A stretch of 64,000 nucleotides of DNA, taken from IMG/VR virus record IMGVR_UViG_3300025133_000028. The stretch is one strand, 5' to 3'. The notes beneath the pieces are model-generated. The model saw only the letters and a list, made by a program, of their open reading frames with translations. It was not told the origin of the DNA and did not search any database. The DNA is from a virus. This document shows positions 1-10,044 of this stretch, one piece after another. Both the position numbers and the translations under genes were made by a program. Every line of letters starts with the position of its first letter. Position 1 is the first letter of the stretch.

Positions 1-1035
1 ATCAAGTCTACCGTACACGAAGACGGGCGGGTTATCTTGAACTACGGAATGATTGATAGTCCCAAGCGGCATAAAATTGTACGAGAATGCAGAGGCTTAG
101 TTCTTGACAGTAAAGATGATTGGAACTTAGTAGCTCGGTCGTTTTTTCGGTTTTTTAATTTGAATGAAATACCGGAAGAAACTGACGAATTCGTATGGGA
201 AAATTGTAATATCCAACATAAAGAAGATGGTTCTTTGTTGGTAGTCTATTACTATAAAGGCCAATGGCATGTTAACACTAGAGCAAGTTTTTCAACTGGT
301 CAAGTCGGAGACAATCCGATTACATTCCGCGAACTTGCCTTAAAAGCTATTCCAGAAAGCTTTTGGAACAACGCCAATAAATCTAGCACTTACGTATTTG
401 AATTGTGTTCATTGTATAACAAGATTGTACGTACATATCAAACACCTACTGTATTTCTTCTTACAGTATTTGATGGACTACATGAAATTGCTCCTAATTT
501 TGTAGATAGTGAAGCTAGAATTACGGGTGTACAAAGACCACAAAGTCTACGTTTTGAAAATATCGAACAGGTTCAAGAATATCTCAACATAGAATCTAAT
601 AAAGACAAAACATTTGAGGGAGTGGTATTAAGAGATATTAATAATCTGCGTATTAAATGTAAAAACCAAAATTATCTTTGTTTACACAGAATGAGTAATA
701 ATGGGTCTCCGTGTAGTCCTAAAAATGTATTACCCTTTGTGCTTGCTGGCGAATTAGATGAATTGTTTTTGTTTTTCCCCGAAGTTAAAGAATACGCATT
801 ACAAATTAAAGCCAAAGTTGATAAATGGCAACAAGAGATAGACGACTTATGGTATGTGTGGGGCGATATTGAAAATCAAAAAAAGTTTGCCCTTCGCGTT
901 AAAGACCATCCGTTTTCTGGCTGTTTGTTTAAGGCTAGAAAAATGAGTACCAATCCTGTTGACGAATTTAAAAACAATCCTAACGCTATTTTAAAGAGAT
1001 TACTTAAAAGATATGAAAACAAATTATTTATATAA
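1..1035 (+). CDS. T4 Rnl1-like RNA ligase (5' end runs off the window)
   Basis: Ligase motif I HKEDGSL, motif IV EGVVLRD, motif V RIKCK, and an N-terminal ECRGLVL as in Rnl1-like enzymes. The frame is open from base 1. Confidence 0.85.
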   Translation: MKSTVHEDGRVILNYGMIDSPKRHKIVRECRGLVLDSKDDWNLVARSFFRFFNLNEIPEETDEFVWENCNIQHKEDGSLLVVYYYKGQWHVNTRASFSTGQVGDNPITFRELALKAIPESFWNNANKSSTYVFELCSLYNKIVRTYQTPTVFLLTVFDGLHEIAPNFVDSEARITGVQRPQSLRFENIEQVQEYLNIESNKDKTFEGVVLRDINNLRIKCKNQNYLCLHRMSNNGSPCSPKNVLPFVLAGELDELFLFFPEVKEYALQIKAKVDKWQQEIDDLWYVWGDIENQKKFALRVKDHPFSGCLFKARKMSTNPVDEFKNNPNAILKRLLKRYENKLFI

Positions 1036-1075
1036 TGAGAATTGCCTTGATACAATGGCAAGAGTGGAAACATGA
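1013..1075 (+). pseudogene. N-terminal remnant of a DNA (N4/N6) methyltransferase-like gene
   Basis: Translates to MKTNYLYNENCLDTMARVET*, resembling the 'xNKIYNENCLxTM' start of beta-class MTases, then stops after 20 aa. Confidence 0.45.
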
Positions 1076-1812
1076 CAATTAAACAACACTTCTTTTCTAT
1101 ATATTTATTCATAATGTTAATTCAGCCGTGTTTTGGTAAGATTCCTCACAATTTGGTTACAGAAGACCACTTTTCATATGTAGAAATTAATCACCTATAC
1201 GACGCTAACACGGGAAGGTTTTTGCTTGACCAAATTATTTTTTACGACTGGGTAATTGACGGTTATACACTAAATAAAACAACAGAAAAACAGGTAGTTC
1301 AAGCATGGATACTAATCAAAAACGCTAGATTCTTAAGTGTTAAAAAAGATGACGGTGTTATGGAAATTGTATTTCATCCACAAAACAGCCAATACTCTGA
1401 CGAATATAAAAAGCTAAACAAAGAATTTAAAGATAAACAAGAAAAGAAACACTTGACTAAAGTCAAGAAAGAATTGATTGAAAGATATGGTAAAATATTA
1501 GCAGAAGTAAAGTTTAAACGTATTAAAGACAAAAAACTATATTCTATTAAAATAGTTGATTATGTACCACCTTTTATTGGTAGTTCAATGGTTCCTACTA
1601 AAATAGGTAATAAATATATGTGTGTATTTCATCATGGTAAAGTTCTTAGACGTATTACATGTGACTCTTTCGTAGAAACATGGACAACAATTGACCCAGA
1701 AACGTTGAATAGAGACTTTTGGGGAAAAGACAACAGAAAAGGCTTAACTAAACCAGACAGAGGACTTATGTGGCTTCTAGAAGAACAAAAGAAAGCACAA
1801 AAACCTAATTAG
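1072..1812 (+). CDS. hypothetical protein with N-terminal signal/hydrophobic segment
   Basis: 246 aa ORF, hydrophobic N-terminus, no recognised motif. Confidence 0.6.
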   Translation: MTIKQHFFSIYLFIMLIQPCFGKIPHNLVTEDHFSYVEINHLYDANTGRFLLDQIIFYDWVIDGYTLNKTTEKQVVQAWILIKNARFLSVKKDDGVMEIVFHPQNSQYSDEYKKLNKEFKDKQEKKHLTKVKKELIERYGKILAEVKFKRIKDKKLYSIKIVDYVPPFIGSSMVPTKIGNKYMCVFHHGKVLRRITCDSFVETWTTIDPETLNRDFWGKDNRKGLTKPDRGLMWLLEEQKKAQKPN

Positions 1813-1942
1813 AAAAGGAGATTAGCTAGTGTATAGCGTCCCATAAAAGTTTGACAAAACTTAAACGACATATTGTCAAACATAACCTACCAGCAATGGA
1901 AAGAAAATGGGATAGAATTGTTGTTTGATAAAGGAGGGTCTG

Positions 1943-2525
1943 ATGAATCAATGGATTACTTCAGACAGTCACTTTCGGTCATCGTAATATATGCGGGCCA
2001 GAAGTTTCAGATTGGGATAGAGGATATAGAAACTTTGACAATATTGAAGAGATGAACAATACTCTTGTTAATAACATTAACAGTGTAGTTAAGAATAAAG
2101 ATGTTCTATGGCATCTTGGAGATTGGGCATTTGGTCCAAAATCTTTATTTCATACCTACAGAGAACGTATTAATTGTGAAGACATTCGTCTAATTTACGG
2201 AAATCATGACAAATATATTCGTAAAACACCAGAATTACGAGATATGTTTACCGCTTGTTATGATTATAAAGAAATTAGAATGGGTAAAACTCTAGTATGT
2301 ATGATGCATTACCCTTTGGGTAGTTGGAACGAAATTGGCCGTGGTAGTATTAACCTTTTCGGACATACCCATAATAGTTATTCTAGAACGATTGGTCGCC
2401 AAATGGACGTTGGTGTTGACCGTCACAACTTTTTTCCTCTAAATTTGGAAGATTTGGTTGACAAAATGAAAAAACAGGATATTGTCACAGTGGACCATCA
2501 CGATGACGAAACTTCTTATCACTAA
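1943..2525 (+). CDS. calcineurin-like metallophosphoesterase, split by a +1 frameshift at ~1973-1976
   Basis: SD AAGGAGG at 1931 and ATG 1943 give MNQWITSDSHF. The +1 frame continues GHRNI...LGD...GNHD...HYP...GHTH, completing the DxH/GD/GNHD/GHxH motifs. Confidence 0.8.
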
Positions 2526-2536
2526 ACAGGAGAAAA

Positions 2537-2857
2537 ATGTATCCAAAATTTAACATTGCTTTGTTTCTAGGTAGTTTTGTACTAATTCTAGTTGGAATCT
2601 GTATGATTAACCTAAGTTCTGCACAAAGCGACGATTGTCCACCTAAAATCAGTGTTAAAGAGATTGACAAAATTGATTTTTGGGTTCCTCACGAATACGG
2701 CACTATTCACGTTGGACGACAAACAATTGGTAAACAGAATTACTTGATTTTCAGCTATAGATGCATTTGGAAAAAAGAAGATTCACAAAAAATTATTAAA
2801 ACAATGAAGGATATTGATATACCATGTCTAAAAAGAAAAATACATTACACAGATTAA
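2537..2857 (+). CDS. hypothetical membrane-anchored protein
   Basis: SD AGGAG; one N-terminal TM/signal helix. Confidence 0.55.
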   Translation: MYPKFNIALFLGSFVLILVGICMINLSSAQSDDCPPKISVKEIDKIDFWVPHEYGTIHVGRQTIGKQNYLIFSYRCIWKKEDSQKIIKTMKDIDIPCLKRKIHYTD

Positions 2858-3453
2858 AAGGCACTAAAATTTACCAAATAGGACCAATTGATAATGTAAA
2901 AGACGGAGGAGTAGAATGGCGAGAATATATGTCTGGTTTTTTGTGGTCTTTAGGTTGTGGTGTATTAAACCCATGTGATAAACCAACCACATACGCTGAT
3001 GAATCAGAAGAGACTCGCAAAACAATTCAACAACTAAAACAAGATGGAATTAATTATCAATCTTGGGAAGAAAACGAACACTACCCGTCTACAATAAAAG
3101 CTATAGACCAAAAAATAGTAGATATCATGAAGCCAATCGTAAACATCGATTTACGCATGGTAGATTCCGCAGACTTTATGGTTATGTACATCGATACCGA
3201 CACACATATGTGTGGCTCATATGGTGAACAAGCTATGGCGTGTCTACAACGCAAACCTGTTATCATCTATTGTAAACAAGGTAAGTATAGCGTACCTAAT
3301 TGGCTGTGGGGAATTTGCAAACCAGAAATGTTTTTCTCTTCGTGGGAAGAAGTAAAAGAATATCTAATACACATCAACCAAGATAACAATATTGACAGAT
3401 TAGGACGATGGCATTTCTTTGACCAGGAGAAAATATATGGCAACGCCAACTAA
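2824..3453 (+). CDS. nucleoside 2-deoxyribosyltransferase-like protein
   Basis: IYQIGPID...WR...VLNP, DLRMVDSADF, GSYGE...A...KPV pattern. Confidence 0.65.
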   Translation: MSKKKNTLHRLKGTKIYQIGPIDNVKDGGVEWREYMSGFLWSLGCGVLNPCDKPTTYADESEETRKTIQQLKQDGINYQSWEENEHYPSTIKAIDQKIVDIMKPIVNIDLRMVDSADFMVMYIDTDTHMCGSYGEQAMACLQRKPVIIYCKQGKYSVPNWLWGICKPEMFFSSWEEVKEYLIHINQDNNIDRLGRWHFFDQEKIYGNAN

Positions 3454-4327
3454 TTGGTATATTAGTAAATTTCCAGAATCTCTATATCAAATTAGTCCAT
3501 CAAATAAAGAATCTTACGTAAATCGAGTACTCAAAGGCAAAAAGATAATGTCTGAGAGTACTTGTTGTATTTGTGGACTAGCTAGAGATATTCAAAAGAC
3601 TTTACCTTTTACTATCGCTAGAATAGAACGTCTTGGTCAAATGTTTAAAGACTATGCTGTTATAGTATATGAAAATGATTCGGAAGACGGTACTGTTTTT
3701 TATCTCAACAGGTGGGCTAGTGAAAATCCGCGAGTATTTATTGAGTCAGAAGTCTTAAACAAACCAAAACACGGCAGTGTAGATACTCACGAACGCACTG
3801 TTGATATGGCCGAATGTAGAAACAAACTATTAAATATCGCATTAAAAACGGATTCTTTTATACAAAACAACGACCATAAATTTGACTACGTGTTTATGCT
3901 GGATATGGATTTAGAGGGTGGATATAGTTATGAGGGTATTTGTAATAGTATTGGCTGGAATGATTTTGATGGTATTGGCTCTAATGGCATTTTTTATAGA
4001 ATAGTAGAACACGAAGGCAAAGAAGTCAATCAAAGACTGTTTTATGATGCGTGGGCATTTAGGCGACTAGGACATGATAAACCACACGCACACGAAGAAA
4101 TTAACATACTCAGATACGAAAGAGGAGAAGAACCTTTTGAGGTTATATCTAATCATAACGGTATGACTATTTATAAGGCAGATTGTCTACGTATTCCTGG
4201 TCTTAAATACAAAGCTGGCGATTGTGACCACGTTACGCTTAATAAACAACTTAGAGAACACGGTAAGAAAATCTGTCTTAACCCATCACAAATAACTCTT
4301 TATAACAAACATGGATACGTAATATGA
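3437..4327 (+). CDS. glycosyltransferase (GT-A fold, CAP59/GT69-like)
   Basis: CGLARD, YENDSEDGT, MAECRN, DMD (DxD), FYDAWAFR, CDHV motifs. Confidence 0.75.
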   Translation: MATPTNWYISKFPESLYQISPSNKESYVNRVLKGKKIMSESTCCICGLARDIQKTLPFTIARIERLGQMFKDYAVIVYENDSEDGTVFYLNRWASENPRVFIESEVLNKPKHGSVDTHERTVDMAECRNKLLNIALKTDSFIQNNDHKFDYVFMLDMDLEGGYSYEGICNSIGWNDFDGIGSNGIFYRIVEHEGKEVNQRLFYDAWAFRRLGHDKPHAHEEINILRYERGEEPFEVISNHNGMTIYKADCLRIPGLKYKAGDCDHVTLNKQLREHGKKICLNPSQITLYNKHGYVI

Positions 4328-5316
4328 TATCAGTAGTAATACCAACACATAAACCAAACATAAAACTATTACGTATGGCTCTACAAGCTTTAGCTACTCA
4401 ATCTTTAGATAAAGATAAATACGAAGTAATATTGGTAGAGAATCCCGATTTTACTGAAGAAGTTCAAGATATTGTATATGATTTTACAAACAAAATGAGA
4501 ATAAGTCGTATTAGTTCTAGTCTTGGTTCTAACAACGCCAGAAACGAAGGCATCGAACATTCTCAATATGATTTAATCGCCCTAATGGATGACGATTGTG
4601 CTCCAAACGTATCTTGGTTGGCTAGACTTGTTTCTCTTAGGGGTGTGTATCCAGAAGCAGGCGTTATTGCAGGTCCACTACTTCTAGACTATGTTGATAT
4701 TCCTAGACCGTTTTGGCTGACTGGTGATTTAGAGTATTTGCTAAGCCGTGTCTACTGGGATAATCCACCTACCGTACCATACGGACCATTTGACTTAAAA
4801 GGACATTTAGACAACACATGGATAGTATCAGCTAATTTATGTTTTACTAAAGAAAGATGGAAAGCTGTTGGTGGATTTAACGGAGATATTGGCTACCATG
4901 GGCTAAGTCACAGAATTGGCAACGACGAACTAGAGTTTGTTATTAACTGTTCTAAACTGGGGAAAATAGAAATACTCTACGACAACGCTCTTATGGTACA
5001 ACACCTAATTCCAAAAGATAGATGTAATATAGACTACTTAATAAAAAGAGCATACGGACAAGGTTTTGCCGATGCTGTAATGTGGCAACAAAACAACCCC
5101 ACAAAATTAGTGGGAGATTTTTACCACGATTATCTACAAAACAAATTGTTTGAAGTCTCACGATTATCAGTACAAGAGGTTAGAGAAGACCTTAAACAAG
5201 AAGATAACACTAGGTTATACTTGACTAATGTTATTAAATGCAAAACATCATATCTTGTTGGAGCACAACATAGTATTTTAGGAGAAGACCCTTGGCAAAA
5301 ACTAAATCAATTATAG
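4324..5316 (+). CDS. glycosyltransferase family 2
   Basis: ISVVIPT, ARNEG, MDDD (DxD), VGGF motifs. Confidence 0.9.
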   Translation: MISVVIPTHKPNIKLLRMALQALATQSLDKDKYEVILVENPDFTEEVQDIVYDFTNKMRISRISSSLGSNNARNEGIEHSQYDLIALMDDDCAPNVSWLARLVSLRGVYPEAGVIAGPLLLDYVDIPRPFWLTGDLEYLLSRVYWDNPPTVPYGPFDLKGHLDNTWIVSANLCFTKERWKAVGGFNGDIGYHGLSHRIGNDELEFVINCSKLGKIEILYDNALMVQHLIPKDRCNIDYLIKRAYGQGFADAVMWQQNNPTKLVGDFYHDYLQNKLFEVSRLSVQEVREDLKQEDNTRLYLTNVIKCKTSYLVGAQHSILGEDPWQKLNQL

Positions 5317-5975
5317 TCTGCCCTGGTAGGTGTGGAAGCACACTCTTAATTAGGAGTCTAAAAAAATACTATCCAATAACAGAAGAAGTATGTTCTGATG
5401 TTAAAAGAGGAAATCCAGAAGACGACTTTATAATGGATAGCGAATGGGCTAAATATTTCAATAACGATGCATCAAAACTAGAATGTCCAGAATTCTTAGA
5501 CTTTACGTTTGAACACGTAGACGTTGTCAAATTACAATACTTTCAATTTATAAATAACCCCGTATTAATAGAATACATGAAGAAGAAAAATATTATACAT
5601 CTATACCGGAAAAATCGCTTAAATCGCTTGGTCTCTGAGAGGACTGCTAGAAGAAATAAACGATGGCATGACCATTCGGATTTAAAGCCTGTTATAATTT
5701 CCGCATTTGATATCAAAAACATTATTAGAGGAGACATTAGACTATGGGAGCAGGTTCAAGAGACGTTTGATATAACTACTACTATTACATATGAGGGACT
5801 GATTTCAGATTGGGAAAGAGTTATTGAGATTTTCCAGAAACAACACCAGTGGAAGAAACACGCGGTTGAAAAAGCGGTTTCACAATCTATAACCAAACCT
5901 ATTAACGAAATGATACTAAATTATGATTTATTACAAGGAAACTTAGATGAATGCGAACACTACCTACCAGTTTGA
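5292..5975 (+). CDS. sulfotransferase (Stf0-like)
   Basis: PAPS loop GRCGSTLL, IHLYRKNRLNRLVS, YEGL. Confidence 0.7.
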   Translation: MAKTKSIIVCPGRCGSTLLIRSLKKYYPITEEVCSDVKRGNPEDDFIMDSEWAKYFNNDASKLECPEFLDFTFEHVDVVKLQYFQFINNPVLIEYMKKKNIIHLYRKNRLNRLVSERTARRNKRWHDHSDLKPVIISAFDIKNIIRGDIRLWEQVQETFDITTTITYEGLISDWERVIEIFQKQHQWKKHAVEKAVSQSITKPINEMILNYDLLQGNLDECEHYLPV

Positions 5976-6513
5976 TAACGACTGGTTTTCTAGCAGGATA
6001 CCCAATTTTGAAAGCATTTTAGTAAGCAAATTTAACTTTTGCGAATTTCATGGTTTAGAAATCGGCGTTAATGAAGGTCGATGCTCATTTTGGTTTGCAG
6101 AAAACCTACTTAAATATCACCCAAAGTCTACACTTGACGTAGTAGATGTAGAATTTAGACCAAACTTCTGGAAAAATCACGAAATTTGTCCACATAGAGA
6201 GCAAATTATACCTCACGAAACCTATTCATATATTTTCCTTAAAGAATGTCGTAAGTTGTTTGATTTCATATACTTAGACGGTAATCATTGTTCTAGCAAC
6301 ACAGTTGAAGATGCCGTCATGGCATGGAGATTGCTAAAAAAAGGAGGAATCTTAGCATTTGACGATTATACTTGGGAAGTAGAAATGTGGGATGGGACTC
6401 GCCCAAAAGAAGGAATTGACGCTTTTTTACAAGCTTATGAGGGAAAATACGAGATTTTGATTAAAAAACACCAAGTTTGGATACAAAAAACGACTGAAGA
6501 AAAAATGATTTAG
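5947..6513 (+). CDS. class I SAM-dependent methyltransferase (Methyltransf_24-like)
   Basis: LEIGVNEGRCS, FDFIYLDGNH, LKKGGILAFDDY. Confidence 0.85.
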   Translation: MNANTTYQFDNDWFSSRIPNFESILVSKFNFCEFHGLEIGVNEGRCSFWFAENLLKYHPKSTLDVVDVEFRPNFWKNHEICPHREQIIPHETYSYIFLKECRKLFDFIYLDGNHCSSNTVEDAVMAWRLLKKGGILAFDDYTWEVEMWDGTRPKEGIDAFLQAYEGKYEILIKKHQVWIQKTTEEKMI

Positions 6514-6516
6514 TTG

Positions 6517-6544
6517 TTGCAAATCCACGCAACTGGTGTATACT
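6517..6544 (+). promoter_or_regulatory. sigma70-like promoter upstream of tmRNA
   Basis: TTGCAA-16nt-TATACT, 12 nt before the tmRNA 5' end. Confidence 0.6.
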
Positions 6545-6556
6545 TTATTAGAGTTT

Positions 6557-6850
6557 GGGCCAGAATTAGAATCGATTCGGCAAAAGACGACAGAACTGCA
6601 TGTGGTAGTTGGACGAATGGCTACTTTAAAAATCGTCTAAAATGTTAATTGGCAACAATTTGCAATTGGCTGCGTAAGCAGGTGAGGTTGTTTAGTACCT
6701 TATAACCCAAACTAAACTGGAGACCCCGATGGTTTATGGAAACCGTTCATAAACGGAACCAAACGCTGATTCTCGCCATGGCGGGTAAACATGTAGACGT
6801 TTTGTTTGATGTTGTTAGAAGACGCGAAGTGCAACTCTTCGCCTGGTCCA
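6557..6850 (+). ncRNA. ssrA: tmRNA (one-piece, 294 nt), tag peptide (A)GNNLQLAA*
   Basis: Acceptor GGGCCAG/CTGGTCC with G3.U70 and discriminator A. T-arm GCGAAG-TGCAACT-CTTCGC. pk1 formed by GTAGT/GCTAC plus GGACGA/TCGTCT. Tag ORF 6651-6677 ends LAA-stop. No encoded CCA. Confidence 0.9.
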
Positions 6851-7008
6851 TTTATATTTTCCCCCCAGAATTGATTGATTTTTGTAAAAACGTAGTAAAA
6901 CACAATAATCATTAATCTAGTTACACACGATTGGGAAGGTTGGAATGGAAAAATCGATTTAAACGAAGTAGAATGGGTAATTGACATTACCAGAAAGAAA
7001 ACAAAATA

Positions 7009-7911
7009 ATGCACATAATTGAAAGACTAACTAAAAACAAAGTAATACAACCTCCGCAGTGGTTACCCACTAATGTACACTATCTCGTAATTACTGGTAG
7101 TGAGAGTTATGGTGTATCTTCTGGTAATTCAGACATTGATGTTAAAGGTATATCCATTCCTCCTAAAAACATGTTATTCCCACATTTAGATGGTAAAATT
7201 CCAGGTTTTAATTGGCCAAGCGAAAAAGAATACAACAAAAAAACCAATTGGCAATCACACCACAATCATGATGTAAGCACAGGTAAAGAATACGACCTTG
7301 ATATTAAGTCTATTACTAGGTTTTTCTTTTTAGCATACGGTTGTAATCCTGATATTATTGACAGTCTATTTGTTCCTCCAAGGTGTATATTGTTTGAATC
7401 TAAAGCAGGACAACTAATGAGAGACGAGAGACATTTGTTTCTGTCTAAACTAGGTTGGAATAAGTATAAAGGATACGCTTATGGACAAGTCCGTAGATAT
7501 CTTTATGGTGATGATTACAAACCAGAAGGTAAAAGAATAAAAATCGTAGAACAATATGGCTATGATACCAAAGGTGCTTATCACGTAGTTCGTCTTCTTA
7601 ACGAGATTGAGCAAATTCTAACCACTGGCGATTTAAATTTAGAAATCAACAGAGAACAACTCAAAAGTATTCGTAACGGCGAATGGACCAAAGAACAGAT
7701 TCTGGAATATTTTCACAATAAAGAAAAACAACTTGAGAAAATTTACTTAGAATCAGACCTACAAGCAAAACCAGACAAAGAAAAAATCGAAGAATTGCTT
7801 CGCGAATGTCTGAAAATACAGTATAATGAACTTGAAATCGTGATTGACAAAAACAAAGACCGCAAGACATTAGAAATGGTCTATAGTCTACTACAGGAAA
7901 GGATGTATTAG
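7009..7911 (+). CDS. pol-beta superfamily nucleotidyltransferase (phage NrdC.11/Nuc-transf-like)
   Basis: GSESYG...SDIDVKG; CNPDIIDSLF; GYDTKGAYHVVRLL. Confidence 0.85.
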   Translation: MHIIERLTKNKVIQPPQWLPTNVHYLVITGSESYGVSSGNSDIDVKGISIPPKNMLFPHLDGKIPGFNWPSEKEYNKKTNWQSHHNHDVSTGKEYDLDIKSITRFFFLAYGCNPDIIDSLFVPPRCILFESKAGQLMRDERHLFLSKLGWNKYKGYAYGQVRRYLYGDDYKPEGKRIKIVEQYGYDTKGAYHVVRLLNEIEQILTTGDLNLEINREQLKSIRNGEWTKEQILEYFHNKEKQLEKIYLESDLQAKPDKEKIEELLRECLKIQYNELEIVIDKNKDRKTLEMVYSLLQERMY

Positions 7912-8471
7912 TGTTTGATGCAATAACAGAGACTAACTATCGTTTTGTTTTTACTATGACTGGTGGTGGAACAGAATTTATTGGAAACCTACTTTCTGGT
8001 GGTGGTTTGTCAAAACATGTACTATCATGTAATGTCCCTTATTCACAAAGAGCATTAAGAAATTACATTGCTAGATGGCACCCTACCCCAAGTCATGTAC
8101 ATTCTCATAAAATTGACAAATACGTTTCTGAAGAAACAGCAATCACTATGGCAACATCGTCTTTTTATGAAGGCCATACTTTAACAGACGATACTGAAGT
8201 AGTAGGACTAGGTTGTACTTCTGCTTTACAACGTAGAGGAGACGACAGAGAAGGCAGAGAGTATAAAGCGTTTTGTGCTTTGTGTTCAGATGAATTAGGA
8301 TTAAAAACATTCAAACTTGAACTTAATAAATCTAATAGAAAAGAACACGAAGAAATGAATGCTTGTTTTATTCAAGAGTGTTTGTTGAGATTTTTAATCA
8401 ATGATACAGAAAGAACATTACACACACCACAAAAATGGGAAGGATTTAAGGATTTTACAGAATGCGTCTAA
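7911..8471 (+). CDS. CinA/NMN-deamidase-like domain protein
   Basis: TGGG...LL..GG.S..V....VPYS, VSEETA..MA, GLGCT pattern. Confidence 0.55.
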   Translation: MFDAITETNYRFVFTMTGGGTEFIGNLLSGGGLSKHVLSCNVPYSQRALRNYIARWHPTPSHVHSHKIDKYVSEETAITMATSSFYEGHTLTDDTEVVGLGCTSALQRRGDDREGREYKAFCALCSDELGLKTFKLELNKSNRKEHEEMNACFIQECLLRFLINDTERTLHTPQKWEGFKDFTECV

Positions 8472-9526
8472 ATTTGTATGCACCTACTAACAAACTAAGC
8501 TACGGAATTTGCGGAACAAACATCTTAAAATGCCTATGTCAAGAAGGAGTTGAGGTAAGCTATTTTCCTATTGGCCCATCATTACCAGACAAAGAGATTA
8601 AAAAATGTCATGAAAGAGCTATGGTCGGTTATGATAGAAATGCTCCTTGTGTTAAGATATGGCATCAACATGGACTACAAGAAATGGTTGGAAGCGGGTT
8701 GCATGTCGGCTATCCTATTTTTGAGTTGGATACTTTTACTCCCGTGGAACTCCATAGTCTTAGTAATTGTGATGCTCTCTTTGTTTGTTCACATTGGGCC
8801 AAAAAAATTATAGAAAAATACATAGACGTGCCTACTCGTGTTGTTCCTTTAGGTGTTGACAGAAGTATTTTTAATCCTACGACCAGCTACAGAACACCAA
8901 GAGATACAGTGTTTTTAGCGTCTGGAAAGTGGGAAATACGAAAAGGTCACGATTTTTTAGCAGAAGCGTTCAACAAAGCGTTCAATAGTGACGATAATGT
9001 ACAACTGTGGATGGCGTGTAGTAACCCTTTCCTCACGGAGGAACAAACCAATAAATGGCATACTTACTATAAACAACAATGTGGTGACAAAGTTAGATTT
9101 ATTCCATATGTTGATACTCAATCTCAACTTGCAGATTTAATGAGTAAAGTAGACTGTGGCGTATTCTTATCAAGAGCAGAAGGATGGAATCTTGGTCTTT
9201 TAGAAATGATGGCTATGGGAAAACAAGTAATAACAACAGATTATTCTGGACATACAGAATTTTGTCATGGTAAAAATTCATTATTAATCGATACAGAACA
9301 GGTTGAACCAGCAAACGACGGTATTTGGTTTCATGGACAAGGCAATTGGGCGAAACTTGGTGATAAACAATTAGAACAAACTATACATACGCTTAGATTA
9401 ATACATCAAGAAAAAAATAAGAAAGGGTCTCTTGACGTAAACACATGCGGAATTGATACAGCAAAAAAATACACTTGGACTAACAGTGCTAAAACCATAA
9501 TTAAGCACCTAGGAGAATTGAATTGA
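8462..9526 (+). CDS. glycosyltransferase family 4 (GT-B)
   Basis: GKWEIRKGHD, SRAEGWNLGLLEMMAMG (EX7E), YTW near the C-terminus. Confidence 0.9.
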   Translation: MRLNLYAPTNKLSYGICGTNILKCLCQEGVEVSYFPIGPSLPDKEIKKCHERAMVGYDRNAPCVKIWHQHGLQEMVGSGLHVGYPIFELDTFTPVELHSLSNCDALFVCSHWAKKIIEKYIDVPTRVVPLGVDRSIFNPTTSYRTPRDTVFLASGKWEIRKGHDFLAEAFNKAFNSDDNVQLWMACSNPFLTEEQTNKWHTYYKQQCGDKVRFIPYVDTQSQLADLMSKVDCGVFLSRAEGWNLGLLEMMAMGKQVITTDYSGHTEFCHGKNSLLIDTEQVEPANDGIWFHGQGNWAKLGDKQLEQTIHTLRLIHQEKNKKGSLDVNTCGIDTAKKYTWTNSAKTIIKHLGELN

Positions 9527-10044
9527 GAACTTTAATTGAATGCGAAACATTGGCCGAAAAAATTCTTTGTAAACACTTTCCTATTATGTCAAAAGACCAC
9601 GAAGCAATTGGAAAAGTAGTTGAATACATCCTTAAAGCAGAACAAAAATATGACCCCACTCTGTCAAAACGTATGACAGAAAACACTTGGGTGGTTTACT
9701 ATGGTAAACTTGGTGCTAGAAAATATTACAACGATACTTTCTTAAAAAGACAAAAAGAACAGAAAAAAGTCCTTTCATTAGACTATGTTTACGATGATGG
9801 CATTAACCTTGAAAAAATGATTGGCAAGAATTCTCCGCCCGAACAATCTTTGATGTGCGAAGAAATCATGACTTTCATTAAAAACAACACAGATTTAACA
9901 ACAACGCAAAAACAATGTTTCATGCTTAAAAACACCGAATACAAAACCTATAGGGACATTGGGAAAAAGTTAGGAATTAGTTACGAAATGGCAAGATTAA
10001 ACAACAATAAAGTAATTAAAAAGGTCAGGGAGGCTTTCGAGTGA
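9523..10044 (+). CDS. phage sigma-70-like factor (region 4 HTH)
   Basis: A..KYDP, LSLD, LTTTQK...KTYRDIGKKLGISYEMAR. Confidence 0.7.
   Translation: MRTLIECETLAEKILCKHFPIMSKDHEAIGKVVEYILKAEQKYDPTLSKRMTENTWVVYYGKLGARKYYNDTFLKRQKEQKKVLSLDYVYDDGINLEKMIGKNSPPEQSLMCEEIMTFIKNNTDLTTTQKQCFMLKNTEYKTYRDIGKKLGISYEMARLNNNKVIKKVREAFE

Noticed and set aside
1873-2055. 60-aa ORF from the track
   Set aside because: It overlaps the true frameshifted N-terminus of the phosphoesterase in another frame.
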